NCBI GenBank assembly: GCA_021162785.1
Contig: JAGGYA010000018.1
Coordinates: 1 to 61,924 of the forward strand
From: Candidatus Calescamantes bacterium
Lineage (GTDB): Bacteria; CAIJMQ01; JAADFP01
Length of the DNA stretch: 61,924 nt
Direction of reading: 5' to 3'
Each line of letters opens with the position of its first letter. The stretch's first letter is position 1. Under the pieces are notes generated by a model. It had not been told where the DNA came from. It saw only the letters and a program-made list of their open reading frames with translations, and did not search any database. Positions 20,224-30,756 of the stretch are shown here, piece by piece. Position numbers and translations under genes: made by a program.

Positions 20224-21417
20224 TCAGGCTACCTCCTTTGCTTTACATATTTTTTCCTCTAAGAAGTCCTTAGTAATAACAATCTCTTTCTTGTCAAGGG
20301 AGGGAAGTTCATACATTAAGTCTACCATTGCTTCCTCCATTATCCCCCTCAAACCCCTTGCACCTGCACCCTTCTTCATAGCTATTTCAGCAATGAATTT
20401 TAACGCTTCCTCCTCAAAAACGAGGTTCACTCCCTCCATCCTGAAATACTCCTGATACTGTTTTACCAGTGCATTTTTGGGTTCTTTGAGGATCCTCACC
20501 AGATCCTCCCTTGTAAGAGGGTGTAAAGAAGCAATCACTGGAAGTCTCCCAATGAATTCCGGTATCATTCCGAATTTTATCAAATCCTCAGGCTCTACAA
20601 ACTCTAAGAGCCTTCTCCTATCGATCTTCCTATGAAGATCTTTTACAAATCCAAGTGATTTCTTCCCAATTCTTTTTTCGATTATCTCCTCCAGTCCTAC
20701 AAAGGTTCCTCCGCAGATAAACAATATATTTGTGGTATCCACTTGGATAAACTGCTGATAAGGATGTTTTCTTCCTCCCTGGGGAGGAACATTGGCAATG
20801 GTTCCCTCAAGAATTTTAAGCAACCCCTGTTGAACTCCTTCTCCCGAAACATCGCGGGTTATAGAAGGTGATTCGCCCTTCCTGGCAATCTTATCTATTT
20901 CATCTATATATACTATCCCCCGCTGTGCTCTTTCCACATCGAAATTTGAAGCCTGTAGCAACCTAAGAATCACATTTTCCACATCTTCCCCCACATAACC
21001 TGCTTCTGTAAGTGTAGTTGCATCAGCCATAGCAAAAGGAACATGCAATATCTTTGCCAGAGTCTTAGCTAATAGTGTCTTCCCACATCCGGTAGGCCCA
21101 ATGAGTAAAATGTTTGATTTTTCCAGTTCCACCTCTTTCCTCTTCATATAAACCCTTTTGTAATGGTTATAAACTGCAACAGCAAGGACTTTTTTCGCTT
21201 TTTCTTGACCAACCACATATTCATCCAATCCCTTTTTTATTTCTTTTGGCGAGGGAATGTGGGGGAGGGGAGTATCTATTTTCTCTTCCTCACCTAAGAT
21301 GGTTAAGCAGAGTTTCACGCAAGAATCACAAATATAAACTCCTGGCCCGGAAATTAATTTCTTCACCTCTTTTTGACTTCTTCCACAGAAAGAACAATAA
21401 GGATAAGCAAACTTCAT
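20224..21417 (-). CDS. clpX: ATP-dependent Clp protease ATP-binding subunit ClpX
   Basis: CSFCG...ICD.C zinc finger, [32 protein letters not shown] loop. Confidence 0.98.
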   Translation of the reverse strand: MKFAYPYCSFCGRSQKEVKKLISGPGVYICDSCVKLCLTILGEEEKIDTPLPHIPSPKEIKKGLDEYVVGQEKAKKVLAVAVYNHYKRVYMKRKEVELEKSNILLIGPTGCGKTLLAKTLAKILHVPFAMADATTLTEAGYVGEDVENVILRLLQASNFDVERAQRGIVYIDEIDKIARKGESPSITRDVSGEGVQQGLLKILEGTIANVPPQGGRKHPYQQFIQVDTTNILFICGGTFVGLEEIIEKRIGKKSLGFVKDLHRKIDRRRLLEFVEPEDLIKFGMIPEFIGRLPVIASLHPLTREDLVRILKEPKNALVKQYQEYFRMEGVNLVFEEEALKFIAEIAMKKGAGARGLRGIMEEAMVDLMYELPSLDKKEIVITKDFLEEKICKAKEVA

Positions 21418-21421
21418 TTAG

Positions 21422-21970
21422 TTACTCCTCTTCTTCCTTTGTTAATTTTTCTGGTCGGGGTGGAGAAAGTCTTACAATATGAACCCTAACCTGCGAAAGT
21501 GAGGTGATACCCAGCGTATCTTTCAAATAGGAGGAGACCCTTTCCTGCAATCCATTGGTTAACCGGGGGATATTCTCCTCCTCTTCCACTTCTGCAGTTA
21601 TGGTTACATTTAATCCTCCTCTCCCCTCCCCCAGTTTTGCTCTCACCTTTTTAACTCCCCTTATTTCTCCTGTAACCATCCTTTTTAAATAGTCTTCCAG
21701 AGCAGAATAGGAAATTTTCACCTCACCTAAGGGATTTTCAAAAGATACAGCAGGTTCCTGTCTAAGTAATTTCCCTCCAGTATAAACCTCACCCAGAGCC
21801 AAAAGGACAAAGAATGCACCCACAATTCCCACTATCCATTTACCTTCTTCTGCAAAGTAGTTCACTATTGTAGAAGATAGTAAGTTGGAAGCATAGAGAA
21901 GAGCCATAACTCCAAGGGCAAGGAGAATCGCAGTGGAAATCACCACCATAAAATAAGTGTATGCCCTCAT
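21422..21970 (-). CDS. AmaP-like alkaline-shock membrane anchor protein
   Basis: Two N-terminal TMs, then GEV.IS..ALE..., an Asp23-like domain; located after accC. Confidence 0.65.
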   Translation of the reverse strand: MRAYTYFMVVISTAILLALGVMALLYASNLLSSTIVNYFAEEGKWIVGIVGAFFVLLALGEVYTGGKLLRQEPAVSFENPLGEVKISYSALEDYLKRMVTGEIRGVKKVRAKLGEGRGGLNVTITAEVEEEENIPRLTNGLQERVSSYLKDTLGITSLSQVRVHIVRLSPPRPEKLTKEEEE

Positions 21971-21982
21971 AATTCACCCCCT

Positions 21983-23326
21983 TTACTTAATTATAACTCT
22001 ATCTAAAAGTGAGGAATAGTCAAGGCCTTCACGGAAATCAGGTTCATTTAATATACGAAGATGGAAAGGTATGGTGGTGTGTATCCCTTCTATAACATAC
22101 TCTGAGAGGGCTCTGCACATTCTATCAATTGCTTCCTCTCTGGTCTTTCCCCAGGTAATAACTTTACTGATGAGGGAATCGTAATAAGGTGGAATTGTAT
22201 AACCTTCGTAAAGATGGCTATCTACCCGTATAAAAGGACCACCCGGAGGTATGTATTTTGTAACTTTACCAGTGGAAGGGAGGAAATCTTGATCAGGGTC
22301 TTCTGCATTTATACGACATTCTATTGCCCACCCCACCATCTTCACATCTTCCTGAGTGAAAGAAATTGACTCACCAGCAGCAATTCTTACTTGCTCCTTC
22401 ACCAGGTCAAAACCAGTTATCATCTCCGTAACAGGATGTTCTACCTGCAGACGAGTATTCATCTCCATAAAGTAAAAATTTCCTTCTCTATCTACAAGGA
22501 ATTCAATGGTTCCTGCTCCTTCATATCCAATAGCTCCTGCTGCTTTGACTGCTGCTTCTCCCAGTTTTTTTCTTAATTCTTCATCCACTATTGGAGAAGG
22601 GGATTCTTCTATCAATTTCTGGTATCTCCTTTGAATACTGCAGTCTCTTTCCCCTAAGAAGACAATGTTTCCATGTTTATCTGCTAAGATTTGAACTTCT
22701 ACATGTCTTGGATTTTCTATATATTTTTCAATATACACCCCAGGATTACCAAAGGCAGCTTCCGCTTCCCTCTGTGCAGTATGGAAGATACTTACCAATT
22801 TCCCATCATTATGTGCTATCCTCATCCCCTTCCCTCCACCACCTGCTTGTGCCTTAACCATTACCGGATACCCCAGAGAACGTGCTACCTTTATTGCTTC
22901 TTCTGGAGTTTCTACCACTCCCTCGCTTCCAGGAATCACTGGAATTCCCGCCTCTTTCATAGTTTTTCTTGCCTCCACTTTATCTCCCATTTTTCTAATT
23001 GCTTCAGGTGGAGGACCTATGAACACAATGTTGCAGGAAGCACATACTTCTGCAAAGTGTGCATTTTCAGCAAGGAATCCATACCCTGGATGTATGGCTT
23101 CCGCATCCGCAACTTCAGCTGCACTGATTATCCGAGCCATGTTCAGGTAGCTTTCAGAAGTTTGGGGTGGGCCAATGCAGATAGCTTCGTCAGCCATACG
23201 AACATGGAGAGAATCTCTATCTGCTTCCGAGAAAACAGCAATGGAGGTAATGTCCATTTCTTTGAGTGTTCTAATTATTCGTAAGGCAATTTCCCCCCGA
23301 TTGGCCACTAAAACACGGGAAAACAT
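21983..23326 (-). CDS. accC: Acetyl-CoA carboxylase, biotin carboxylase
   Basis: [44 protein letters not shown]. Confidence 0.97.
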   Translation of the reverse strand: MFSRVLVANRGEIALRIIRTLKEMDITSIAVFSEADRDSLHVRMADEAICIGPPQTSESYLNMARIISAAEVADAEAIHPGYGFLAENAHFAEVCASCNIVFIGPPPEAIRKMGDKVEARKTMKEAGIPVIPGSEGVVETPEEAIKVARSLGYPVMVKAQAGGGGKGMRIAHNDGKLVSIFHTAQREAEAAFGNPGVYIEKYIENPRHVEVQILADKHGNIVFLGERDCSIQRRYQKLIEESPSPIVDEELRKKLGEAAVKAAGAIGYEGAGTIEFLVDREGNFYFMEMNTRLQVEHPVTEMITGFDLVKEQVRIAAGESISFTQEDVKMVGWAIECRINAEDPDQDFLPSTGKVTKYIPPGGPFIRVDSHLYEGYTIPPYYDSLISKVITWGKTREEAIDRMCRALSEYVIEGIHTTIPFHLRILNEPDFREGLDYSSLLDRVIIK

Positions 23327-23333
23327 ACTCAGT

Positions 23334-23780
23334 TTAAATAGGCTCTACTAAGAAAAGGGGTTGGCCATACTCTACTGCCTCACCATTTTCTACTAAAATT
23401 TTTTTAATCCTTCCTCTCACTTCTGCTTTTATCTCATTCATGATTTTCATGGCTTCTATTATGCAGACCACATCGTCTTCTTTAACTTCATCACCCACTT
23501 CTACAAAAGGAGGTGCATCTGGAGCAGGTGCACGATAGAAAGTACCTACCATAGGAGAGTTGATAGTGATGAGGCCCTCTTCTTCCATTTCATCCTTTTT
23601 TTCTTCCTTTGGAGGAGAGGAAATTGAAGGTTGCAGGGAGGGCAAGGTTAAATTTACCTCTTGAAGACTCCCCTTCTTCAATCTTATTCTTATACCCTCA
23701 TGTTCAACTTCAAGTTCAGAAAGGGATGTCTTCTCAAAAAATCTAACCAATTTCCTTAATTCTTTAAAATCTACAATCAT
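23334..23780 (-). CDS. accB: Biotin carboxyl carrier protein
   Basis: [15 protein letters not shown] biotinylation motif. Confidence 0.96.
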   Translation of the reverse strand: MIVDFKELRKLVRFFEKTSLSELEVEHEGIRIRLKKGSLQEVNLTLPSLQPSISSPPKEEKKDEMEEEGLITINSPMVGTFYRAPAPDAPPFVEVGDEVKEDDVVCIIEAMKIMNEIKAEVRGRIKKILVENGEAVEYGQPLFLVEPI

Positions 23781-23816
23781 AAGAAGATTTTACCATATAC
23801 ACTTACACAATTCAGG

Positions 23817-24392
23817 TCAATCTTTTACTCTCTCCACATACTTTCCTGAACGAGTATCTACTTTTATTATATCCCCCGGTTGGATAAAAAGAGGAACTTG
23901 AAGAGTAAATCCTGTCTCCAGAGTAGCAGGTTTAGAACCTCCGGATGCAGTATCTCCTTTAACCCCTGGAGGAGTGCTCTCTACCTTTAACTCCACAAAT
24001 TTTGGTAAAGATACCCCCAGTATTTCTTCTCCACTCTTTAAAAGCTTCAGGGTATCTCCTTCTTTTACAAATTTAAGCATTTCTTCTACCTTCTCCTGAG
24101 GAAGTGTATATTCTTCAAAGGTCTCCATATCCATAAAGTAAAAAATCTCCCCTTTTCTGTACAGGAATTGCACAGGTATCTCTTCCACTATCAGTTTACC
24201 CACCCTTTCTTCACTTCTTAAGGTAAGAGTATCCGTTTCTCCTCCTTCTACGGAGCGAACCTTGAGTTTCATAAAAGCTCCACCTTTACCGGGTTGAACA
24301 TGCTGATGATCAAGGACTTCATAAATTTTCCCTTGATGAATGAAACGGTCACCCACTCTTAAATCATTTGCATTAATAACCACAGATTCCAT
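23817..24392 (-). CDS. efp: Elongation factor P
   Basis: HVQPGKGGA, PPGVKGDTA..GSKPA.LETG, VPLFI..GD.I.VDTR.G.Y. Confidence 0.96.
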   Translation of the reverse strand: MESVVINANDLRVGDRFIHQGKIYEVLDHQHVQPGKGGAFMKLKVRSVEGGETDTLTLRSEERVGKLIVEEIPVQFLYRKGEIFYFMDMETFEEYTLPQEKVEEMLKFVKEGDTLKLLKSGEEILGVSLPKFVELKVESTPPGVKGDTASGGSKPATLETGFTLQVPLFIQPGDIIKVDTRSGKYVERVKD

Positions 24393-25437
24393 TTTTCTCC
24401 TCCCCTATTTTTACTGGTTTACCCTTCTCATTTATGTAAACCATTATTTCCTTCCTTATCCCACCTTCTCCAGGGAAATAGAGGCCAGGTTCTATGGTGA
24501 AAACCATTCCTACCCGAAATTTCCCCTTTTCTCTCCAGGAGAGATAAGGTCTTTCATGCACCTCAATCCCCACACCATGACCCAAGGCATGAAGAAAATT
24601 TTCTCTAACTCTATTCTTCTGGAAAAATGAAGAGATCTCCTGGAATACTTCCTTAACTTCTTTCCCCGGTTCGATTAGAGAAATGGCCCTTTCTATTGCT
24701 TCATCTATTAAATTTTCCCGCTCTTTCCACTTTCTACTTTGGCTCCCAAGGAAAAAGGTAAGGGTAATGTCAGAACAGTAACCCTCAACTTTTGCTCCTA
24801 TATCCACAATCAGCGGTCCTTTTTCTATTATGTCCTTTTGAGGTCGTGCATGGGGTAAAGAGGAATTTCCTCCTGAAGCCACAATGGGAGGGAAGGGGAG
24901 AGTATCAGAGCCCTTTTTCCTCAAAAGATACTCAATCTCTATGGCTAAGTCTCTTTCACTTAAAAATTCATTTAAATAAATGGGCACTTCCTTCATTACA
25001 TCTTGAGCTATTTTAACCGCTTTAAATATTCTATTTAGTTCATCTTTATCTTTGCACATCCTCTCTTCTTCTACCCATCCACTTGTTCCCTTCCATTTTA
25101 TTTTCCTAAATTTGTTAAGTTCCTTCCTCATTTTCACACTTATATGCTCTTCCTCAAAAGCAATTGTAGAGATTTTTAACTCTTTTACTTTCTCTTTCAA
25201 TTTGGAGAGTAAGTCCTTCTCCACACCCACAAATTTCCATTCTTCTTCTCCATTTTTTTGGGGAAGATAACGATAATCAGTAAATAGAAAGCCCTCCCCT
25301 TTCAGGAGGAGAAAAGCACCTTCACACTCAAAACCAGTTAAATAAAAAAGGTGGGGAGAATAAAGAGTAAGAAAAGCATCCGCACCTTCTTCCTTAAGCC
25401 TCTCTCTCAGTTTCTCTCTTCTTTTAAAGAAGTTCAT
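24373..25437 (-). CDS. Xaa-Pro aminopeptidase (M24 family)
   Basis: YLTGF, TDYRY, DIG, YCSDIT, HALGHGVG..VHE.P, TIEPGLY. Start moved to ATG 25437 (track gives 25467). Confidence 0.9.
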   Translation of the reverse strand: MNFFKRREKLRERLKEEGADAFLTLYSPHLFYLTGFECEGAFLLLKGEGFLFTDYRYLPQKNGEEEWKFVGVEKDLLSKLKEKVKELKISTIAFEEEHISVKMRKELNKFRKIKWKGTSGWVEEERMCKDKDELNRIFKAVKIAQDVMKEVPIYLNEFLSERDLAIEIEYLLRKKGSDTLPFPPIVASGGNSSLPHARPQKDIIEKGPLIVDIGAKVEGYCSDITLTFFLGSQSRKWKERENLIDEAIERAISLIEPGKEVKEVFQEISSFFQKNRVRENFLHALGHGVGIEVHERPYLSWREKGKFRVGMVFTIEPGLYFPGEGGIRKEIMVYINEKGKPVKIGEEKNGICGY

Positions 25438-25497
25438 AAAGGATGGATACTTGGCCGATTTTACCATATTTTTGGAGATTAAGGTAAAATTAAAGGG

Positions 25498-26247
25498 ATG
25501 CTAAAAGAAATCTGTGACTTCTTAGATGATTATTTGCGTATAAAAGATATCCCTGATGACAGCCTCAATGGATTACAAGTAGAGAATTCGGGAAGAGTCT
25601 CCATTATTGGAGTAGCTGTAGATGCCAGTTTACAGACCTTCTTAGAAGCTAAAAGGAGAGGGGTAAATCTTTTGATCGTTCATCATGGATTATTTTGGAA
25701 GGAATTAAAACCATTGAAAGGTAATCTCTACCGCAGAATCAAGGTGTTAGTGGAAGGAGATATAGCACTTTATGCTGCCCATCTTCCCTTGGATAAACAT
25801 CCGGAGGTAGGAAACAATGCGGTAGGGATAAAAAGTCTTGGATGGGTAATGGAGGGAGAATTTGGAGAATACCGGGGAGTGAAAATTGGGTATAAGTTCA
25901 GTTTACCTGAACCAAAAAGTATAGGTGAAGTTAAAAAACTGATTGAGAAAAATTTTGGTAGAAGAGTTGTGGCATGGGAGTTCGGGAAGGGAACTATAAA
26001 AAAGGGAGCTTTTGTTTCGGGCTCTGCCCTCTCCCTTCTTCCAGAGGTAATAGAGGAGAAATTGGATATTTTTATTACGGGAGAACCTTCTCATTCCTGG
26101 TTTTGGGAGGCAAAGGAAGGGAAGATTAATGTGGTCTTTGCAGGTCATTACTACACAGAAACCTTAGGGATTAAAGCATTGGGCAATTTACTTTCTCAAA
26201 AATTTTCCCTTCCTTTAGAAATCATTGAATTACCTACGGGGTATTGA
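25498..26247 (+). CDS. Nif3-like dinuclear metal-centre protein (YbgI family)
   Basis: NGLQVE, HHGLFW, HLPLD.HPE.GNN, ITGE, AGHY.TE. Confidence 0.93.
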   Translation: MLKEICDFLDDYLRIKDIPDDSLNGLQVENSGRVSIIGVAVDASLQTFLEAKRRGVNLLIVHHGLFWKELKPLKGNLYRRIKVLVEGDIALYAAHLPLDKHPEVGNNAVGIKSLGWVMEGEFGEYRGVKIGYKFSLPEPKSIGEVKKLIEKNFGRRVVAWEFGKGTIKKGAFVSGSALSLLPEVIEEKLDIFITGEPSHSWFWEAKEGKINVVFAGHYYTETLGIKALGNLLSQKFSLPLEIIELPTGY

Positions 26248-26248
26248 G

Positions 26249-26911
26249 ATGACTTTCCTGCTCTCCATCTTTATCATTATTGGGGTCTCTTATCTAATAG
26301 TCAGGATTGCCACCGTAGCCCTTACTCTTACGGGTATGGACGAAGAGAAAGCCAGATTTCAAGCTCTATCTGCATTTACCGGGACTGGATTTACCACTAC
26401 AGAAGCTGAGATTGTTGTTAAGCACCCGGTAAGGAGAAAAATTGTAATGACTTTAATGGTGCTGGGTAATGCAGGTCTGGCCTCAGTCATAGCCTCCTTA
26501 ATCCTTTCTTTCGCCCGGGGAGGTCTTCTCCAGGGGATATTAAAATTAGGTATCTTAGGTGCGGGTTTACTTATTATGTATAGAGTTGCCTGCCATAAAG
26601 GACTCACAAAAAGGGTTACAGAAAGGATAAAGAGTAGACTTTCCCGTTATCCCTCCTTTACACGTCCCATGTGGGAAGAAGTTCTGCATCTGGCTGAGGA
26701 ATATGGACTGGTGGAAGTTCTGGTTAAGGAAGGTATGGATATAGCAAACCATTCTATTGGTGAATTAAGGCTAAGAGAAAAAGGTATCTTAGTTTTAATG
26801 ATAGAAAGGGGAAGGAGAGTAATTCCTGTCCCTGGGCCCCAAAATAAACTCAGACCTGGGGATAGAATTATCTGTTTCGGTAAACTGGAAGTACTGCAGA
26901 GTATTTCCTAA
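26249..26911 (+). CDS. Membrane protein with TrkA-C (RCK_C) domain, potassium-transport related
   Basis: ARFQA.SAFTGTGFTT.EAE.V..HP.RR TM region plus C-terminal ...P.P...L.PGD.I..FG TrkA-C. Likely ATG at 26249. Confidence 0.8.
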   Translation: MTFLLSIFIIIGVSYLIVRIATVALTLTGMDEEKARFQALSAFTGTGFTTTEAEIVVKHPVRRKIVMTLMVLGNAGLASVIASLILSFARGGLLQGILKLGILGAGLLIMYRVACHKGLTKRVTERIKSRLSRYPSFTRPMWEEVLHLAEEYGLVEVLVKEGMDIANHSIGELRLREKGILVLMIERGRRVIPVPGPQNKLRPGDRIICFGKLEVLQSIS

Positions 26912-27150
26912 AATGCACGCTGTCTTATATTCCAGACCACATCTTCAACATCCGGGATTTTTCTTATCTCCTTATCTAATCGAGCAATCTCTACCCCTGA
27001 GACAGGTGATTCATCCCTTATATGGATAAGCTTACCACTTATGTATACAACCCCTTTTACCGTCTGGTGTTTCACATGCTTCAAATCAATGTAATTCTTT
27101 ACAAAAAGACCCCGAACCCGCAAATCAATCTTTAAATCTCTTGCTGACAT
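26908..27150 (-). CDS. Small hypothetical protein, BON-domain-like
   Basis: D..I...V, KGVVYISG, I..IPDV.DV pattern; no signal peptide. Confidence 0.55.
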   Translation of the reverse strand: MSARDLKIDLRVRGLFVKNYIDLKHVKHQTVKGVVYISGKLIHIRDESPVSGVEIARLDKEIRKIPDVEDVVWNIRQRAF

Positions 27151-27158
27151 ATCCTTCT

Positions 27159-27671
27159 TTAAGGGCCAGTAATATAAATATTGTCAGAGCCACCATTTAA
27201 ATAATCTGTGTAAGCATTTATAAAATTATTAGCACCATTATCAGAACCATCTTCCCCCACGGAAAACATTATCCAAGAATCAGCAAGAACATCCTCTCCC
27301 ACACCTGTTCCATCTCCCCCGTCCATATTCCCATCATGGCTGGAATAATAGCGATAAGGGTTGGCGGGATCAAAGGGATCTCGAGGTATTCTATCAGTAG
27401 AAAAATATCCGTGGACAAGTAACTTATAGAGTGCATTATTACTTTTTCCATGATCTGCTTTTACATGCATATCGTAATTACTGGGGAATCCACCAAAATC
27501 CGTATAGTAAGCCATAAGAGCGACTCTTAAATTATTCATTTCTGTTTTTGCTTTAGCCATTCGGGCACGGATCCTTGCTTTATTCAGGGTGGGGAGTAGA
27601 ATCCCTGCTAACATTCCCAGAATGGCAATTACTGTCAAAAGCTCCATTAATGTAAATCCTTTTTTCCTCAT
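27159..27671 (-). CDS. Type II secretion/type IV pilin-like protein (GspG-like pseudopilin)
   Basis: [30 protein letters not shown]...SVG.DG; GGAGGTG SD. Confidence 0.85.
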   Translation of the reverse strand: MRKKGFTLMELLTVIAILGMLAGILLPTLNKARIRARMAKAKTEMNNLRVALMAYYTDFGGFPSNYDMHVKADHGKSNNALYKLLVHGYFSTDRIPRDPFDPANPYRYYSSHDGNMDGGDGTGVGEDVLADSWIMFSVGEDGSDNGANNFINAYTDYLNGGSDNIYITGP

Positions 27672-27688
27672 TTTCTCACCTCCGTAGG

Positions 27689-28537
27689 TTAATGAACAAT
27701 TTCTGTGCCAATACCTTTATCAGTAAAGATTTCTAAAAGAAGAGAATGGGGTAGAAGACCGTTTATTATATGGACTTTTTCCACCCCTTCCTTCAATGCC
27801 CTTAGAGAAGCTTTTACCTTAGGAATCATACCACCTTTTATCTTCCCCTCTTCAAGTAATTTCTCTGCATCTTGAGAATTTAGAGTAGAAATAAGGGTAG
27901 AAGGATTGGAAGGGTCAGCAAATATGCCCGGAATATCCGTAAGATAAATAAGTTTTAATGCTTTAATGCTGGCTGCAATTTTACCTGCCACCTCATCAGC
28001 ATTAATATTAAGGGTTTGGCCATCCTCATCAACCCCTAAGGGGGAAATAACAGGGATAAATCCTTCCTTCTCCAATATTTCTAAAAGACCTGTATCTACT
28101 TTCTCAATTTCACCCACTAAACCGAGTTCTCCAGGAATCTTTTTTGCTTTTATCATATGACCATCTTTCCCACTTAATCCTACTGCTTTCCCTCCCAATC
28201 GGTGAAGGAGATTAACAAGGTCTTTATTTATCTTTCCCAAAACCATTTCTGCTATATCTAATGTTTCCTTATCCGTCTTCCTCAATCCTCCCTCAAATTC
28301 TACTTTTTTCCCCAGCCGTTCCATCAGCTGGGTAACTTGAGGCCCTCCCCCATGTATAACCACTGGTTTTATTCCCACAAACTTTAAGAGCACAATATCC
28401 TGAGCAAAATTTTCTTTAAGTCTTTCATTATCCAATAGTTTCCCCCCACATTTAATTACCATAGTTTGCCCATAGAATTTACGGATATAAGGGAGTGCCT
28501 CCAGAAGAACTGTAGTCCTTAAGTGTTTCTCCTCCAC
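27689..28537 (-). CDS. argB: Acetylglutamate kinase
   Basis: EALPYI..F, HGGGP, GLR.TD, NINAD, GGMIPK, LLEIFT..GIGT. Confidence 0.97.
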   Translation of the reverse strand: MEEKHLRTTVLLEALPYIRKFYGQTMVIKCGGKLLDNERLKENFAQDIVLLKFVGIKPVVIHGGGPQVTQLMERLGKKVEFEGGLRKTDKETLDIAEMVLGKINKDLVNLLHRLGGKAVGLSGKDGHMIKAKKIPGELGLVGEIEKVDTGLLEILEKEGFIPVISPLGVDEDGQTLNINADEVAGKIAASIKALKLIYLTDIPGIFADPSNPSTLISTLNSQDAEKLLEEGKIKGGMIPKVKASLRALKEGVEKVHIINGLLPHSLLLEIFTDKGIGTEIVH

Positions 28538-28556
28538 TTTTTCATTGTATCATAAT

Positions 28557-29747
28557 TCAAGTGTGATAATGTGCATTAATTCTCACATATTCCTCCGTAA
28601 GGTCACAGCTCCAGAAAGTTAGTGAATGAGGACCATGATAGAGATTAACCTCAATGATAATTTCCTTATCTTTAAGTTTTTCTTTCAATTCTTTCCCCAC
28701 GGGTAGGGGGGAGAGATTTTTGAAAATCGTAATCCCCTGAATGGATAGTTCCAGGCGTTCAGGTTTAAATTTTGCTCGAGCACTACCCACTGCTGCCAGA
28801 ATCCTTCCCCAGTTGGGGTCTTCTCCATATATGGCAGTTTTCACAAGAGGAGAACGGGCAATAGCCCGGGCTATTCTCCGAGCATCCTTCCTGTCCCAAG
28901 CTCCTTTAACCCTGATTTCTATCAGTTTAGTAGAACCCTCCCCATCCCGGGCTATCATCTTTGCCAGTTCCTGACATACCTGGGTAAGGGAGGAAAGAAA
29001 GAGAGGATAGTTTTCAGAATCTGGTTTTATTCGAGGGTTCCTGGCAAGACCACTGGCCAAGATAAACACAGAATCATTTGTAGACATATCACCATCCACT
29101 AAGAGATTATGGAAGGAATTATCAACAGCTTCTCTTAAAGCCTCTTTAAGAGCTTCTTCCTTTATACATGCATCTGTAAGAAGGAAAACAAGCATGGTAG
29201 CCAGCTGGGGAGAAATCATCCCCGCTCCTTTGGCTATACCTGTGATTCTAACCATTTTTTTGCCTCTCCCGGGGATGGGAGTAGTGAGAGAGAAGACTTT
29301 AACAAATGTATCAGTAGTGAGTATTGATTGAGCGAAATCTTCCAAATTATAAGGGGATAACTTTTCTACCAGAAGAGGAAGTGCTTCCAGAATTTTATCT
29401 TTGGGTAGTCTTTTTCCAATTACTCCAGTGGAAGCAAGGAGAATTTGTTTTTCTTCAACACCTAAGAGGGAAGAAAGTCTTCGAGAAATTTCCAGGGCAT
29501 CCTCTCTACCTTCTTTTCCATTTAGGGCATTGGCACATCCACTATTTACCAGAATTGCCTGTGCTTTCCCATTTTTTATCCTTTTTATGTCAATGAGCAC
29601 AGGATGGGCTTTAAGTTTGTTCTGGGTAAAGAACCCTGCTGCCAGACAGGGTTCCCAGGCATAGATAAGACCCAGATCCTTCTCCCCCTTTTCCTTAATA
29701 CCACAGGATATCCCGGAGAATTTAAACCCTAAGGGGACTTCATTCAT
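28557..29747 (-). CDS. argJ: Ornithine acetyltransferase / N-acetylglutamate synthase
   Basis: NSG.ANA, STGVIG, TTDT, KGAGMI.P.LATML (autocleavage Thr), DGD.STND, DGEG.TK, NWGRI. Confidence 0.96.
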   Translation of the reverse strand: MNEVPLGFKFSGISCGIKEKGEKDLGLIYAWEPCLAAGFFTQNKLKAHPVLIDIKRIKNGKAQAILVNSGCANALNGKEGREDALEISRRLSSLLGVEEKQILLASTGVIGKRLPKDKILEALPLLVEKLSPYNLEDFAQSILTTDTFVKVFSLTTPIPGRGKKMVRITGIAKGAGMISPQLATMLVFLLTDACIKEEALKEALREAVDNSFHNLLVDGDMSTNDSVFILASGLARNPRIKPDSENYPLFLSSLTQVCQELAKMIARDGEGSTKLIEIRVKGAWDRKDARRIARAIARSPLVKTAIYGEDPNWGRILAAVGSARAKFKPERLELSIQGITIFKNLSPLPVGKELKEKLKDKEIIIEVNLYHGPHSLTFWSCDLTEEYVRINAHYHT

Positions 29748-29748
29748 C

Positions 29749-30756
29749 TTAGTTAATCAAAGAAACAGCCTCACCCATTGAAAATAGTATAAACATCCCC
29801 CAAATGTAAAGAAGAAATATAAGTAAACTATCCCAGCCCATTCTTAAAAAAGCCCTTCTTGAACGATATATCATACCAAGAAGAAGAATTACTGTAAGGA
29901 TACCCGCCAGTATTAGAGTGAAAATATTACTGGAGGAAATCTCTGAAAGTAGATAACCTCCCCGATAAAAAGCATCGGAAAAGAAAGGGATAACCAGATT
30001 CTGCAAATTTGCTCCCAGTATATTTCCCACAGCCATATTTGGTAATCCCATCTTCAGGGATGCTATGGTGGTGCTGAGTTCTGGGAGTGAGGTGACCACT
30101 GCTAAAAAGAGAGTTCCTACAAAAGTTCGAGAAAGACCGGTAATCCGGCTTATCTTCTCTCCCGTTTTTGCTAGCCACAATCCTCCAATCAAAATTAACC
30201 CACCCAAGATAAAGTAATAAAGCCAGAATTTCCATATCCCTTTTTCCCTTTCTCTTTTTTCTACTTCTTCATTATTTCTGTGCTGGTGGATGAAAATCAT
30301 TCGGAGAGCAATAAAGTAGAATAAAAAGATGAAGATGGTATCTCCACCCACACCCAAAATCCCTCGGTTAAGAGGAAGGGTAAGAAAAAAGAGGTAGAGG
30401 AAAATGAATAGTATAAGGAAGGAACCGCTTAAGGCAAGAGATGGGTCAAGTCCACGGGTTAAAGGCTCCTTGGAGAGGAAATCCAGAATAGCTATAAGGA
30501 AGAGATTGAAAGTTATACTCCCCAGATTGTTTCCCAGAGATAGGTCTGGTTGATGAAGGATACCCGCAGAACTTACAGAGGTGAAAAGTTCAGGAAGGGC
30601 TGTGGAGAAAGAGAGAAGTATCAGTCCAACCCATGTCCTTTCCCATCCCATCACCTCGCCAATTTTATCTCCCACCCGTGCAAGATAGCTTCCGGAAATT
30701 ATGATGAGAGCACTGGCAAGGATAAACTCACCCCAAACCCACATTAAACTATCCAA
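29749..30756 (-). CDS. Sodium/calcium exchanger family protein (YrbG-like)
   Basis: Two alpha repeats T(A/S)LPEL...GN..G(S/A); about 10 TM. Confidence 0.88.
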   Translation of the reverse strand: MDSLMWVWGEFILASALIIISGSYLARVGDKIGEVMGWERTWVGLILLSFSTALPELFTSVSSAGILHQPDLSLGNNLGSITFNLFLIAILDFLSKEPLTRGLDPSLALSGSFLILFIFLYLFFLTLPLNRGILGVGGDTIFIFLFYFIALRMIFIHQHRNNEEVEKREREKGIWKFWLYYFILGGLILIGGLWLAKTGEKISRITGLSRTFVGTLFLAVVTSLPELSTTIASLKMGLPNMAVGNILGANLQNLVIPFFSDAFYRGGYLLSEISSSNIFTLILAGILTVILLLGMIYRSRRAFLRMGWDSLLIFLLYIWGMFILFSMGEAVSLIN

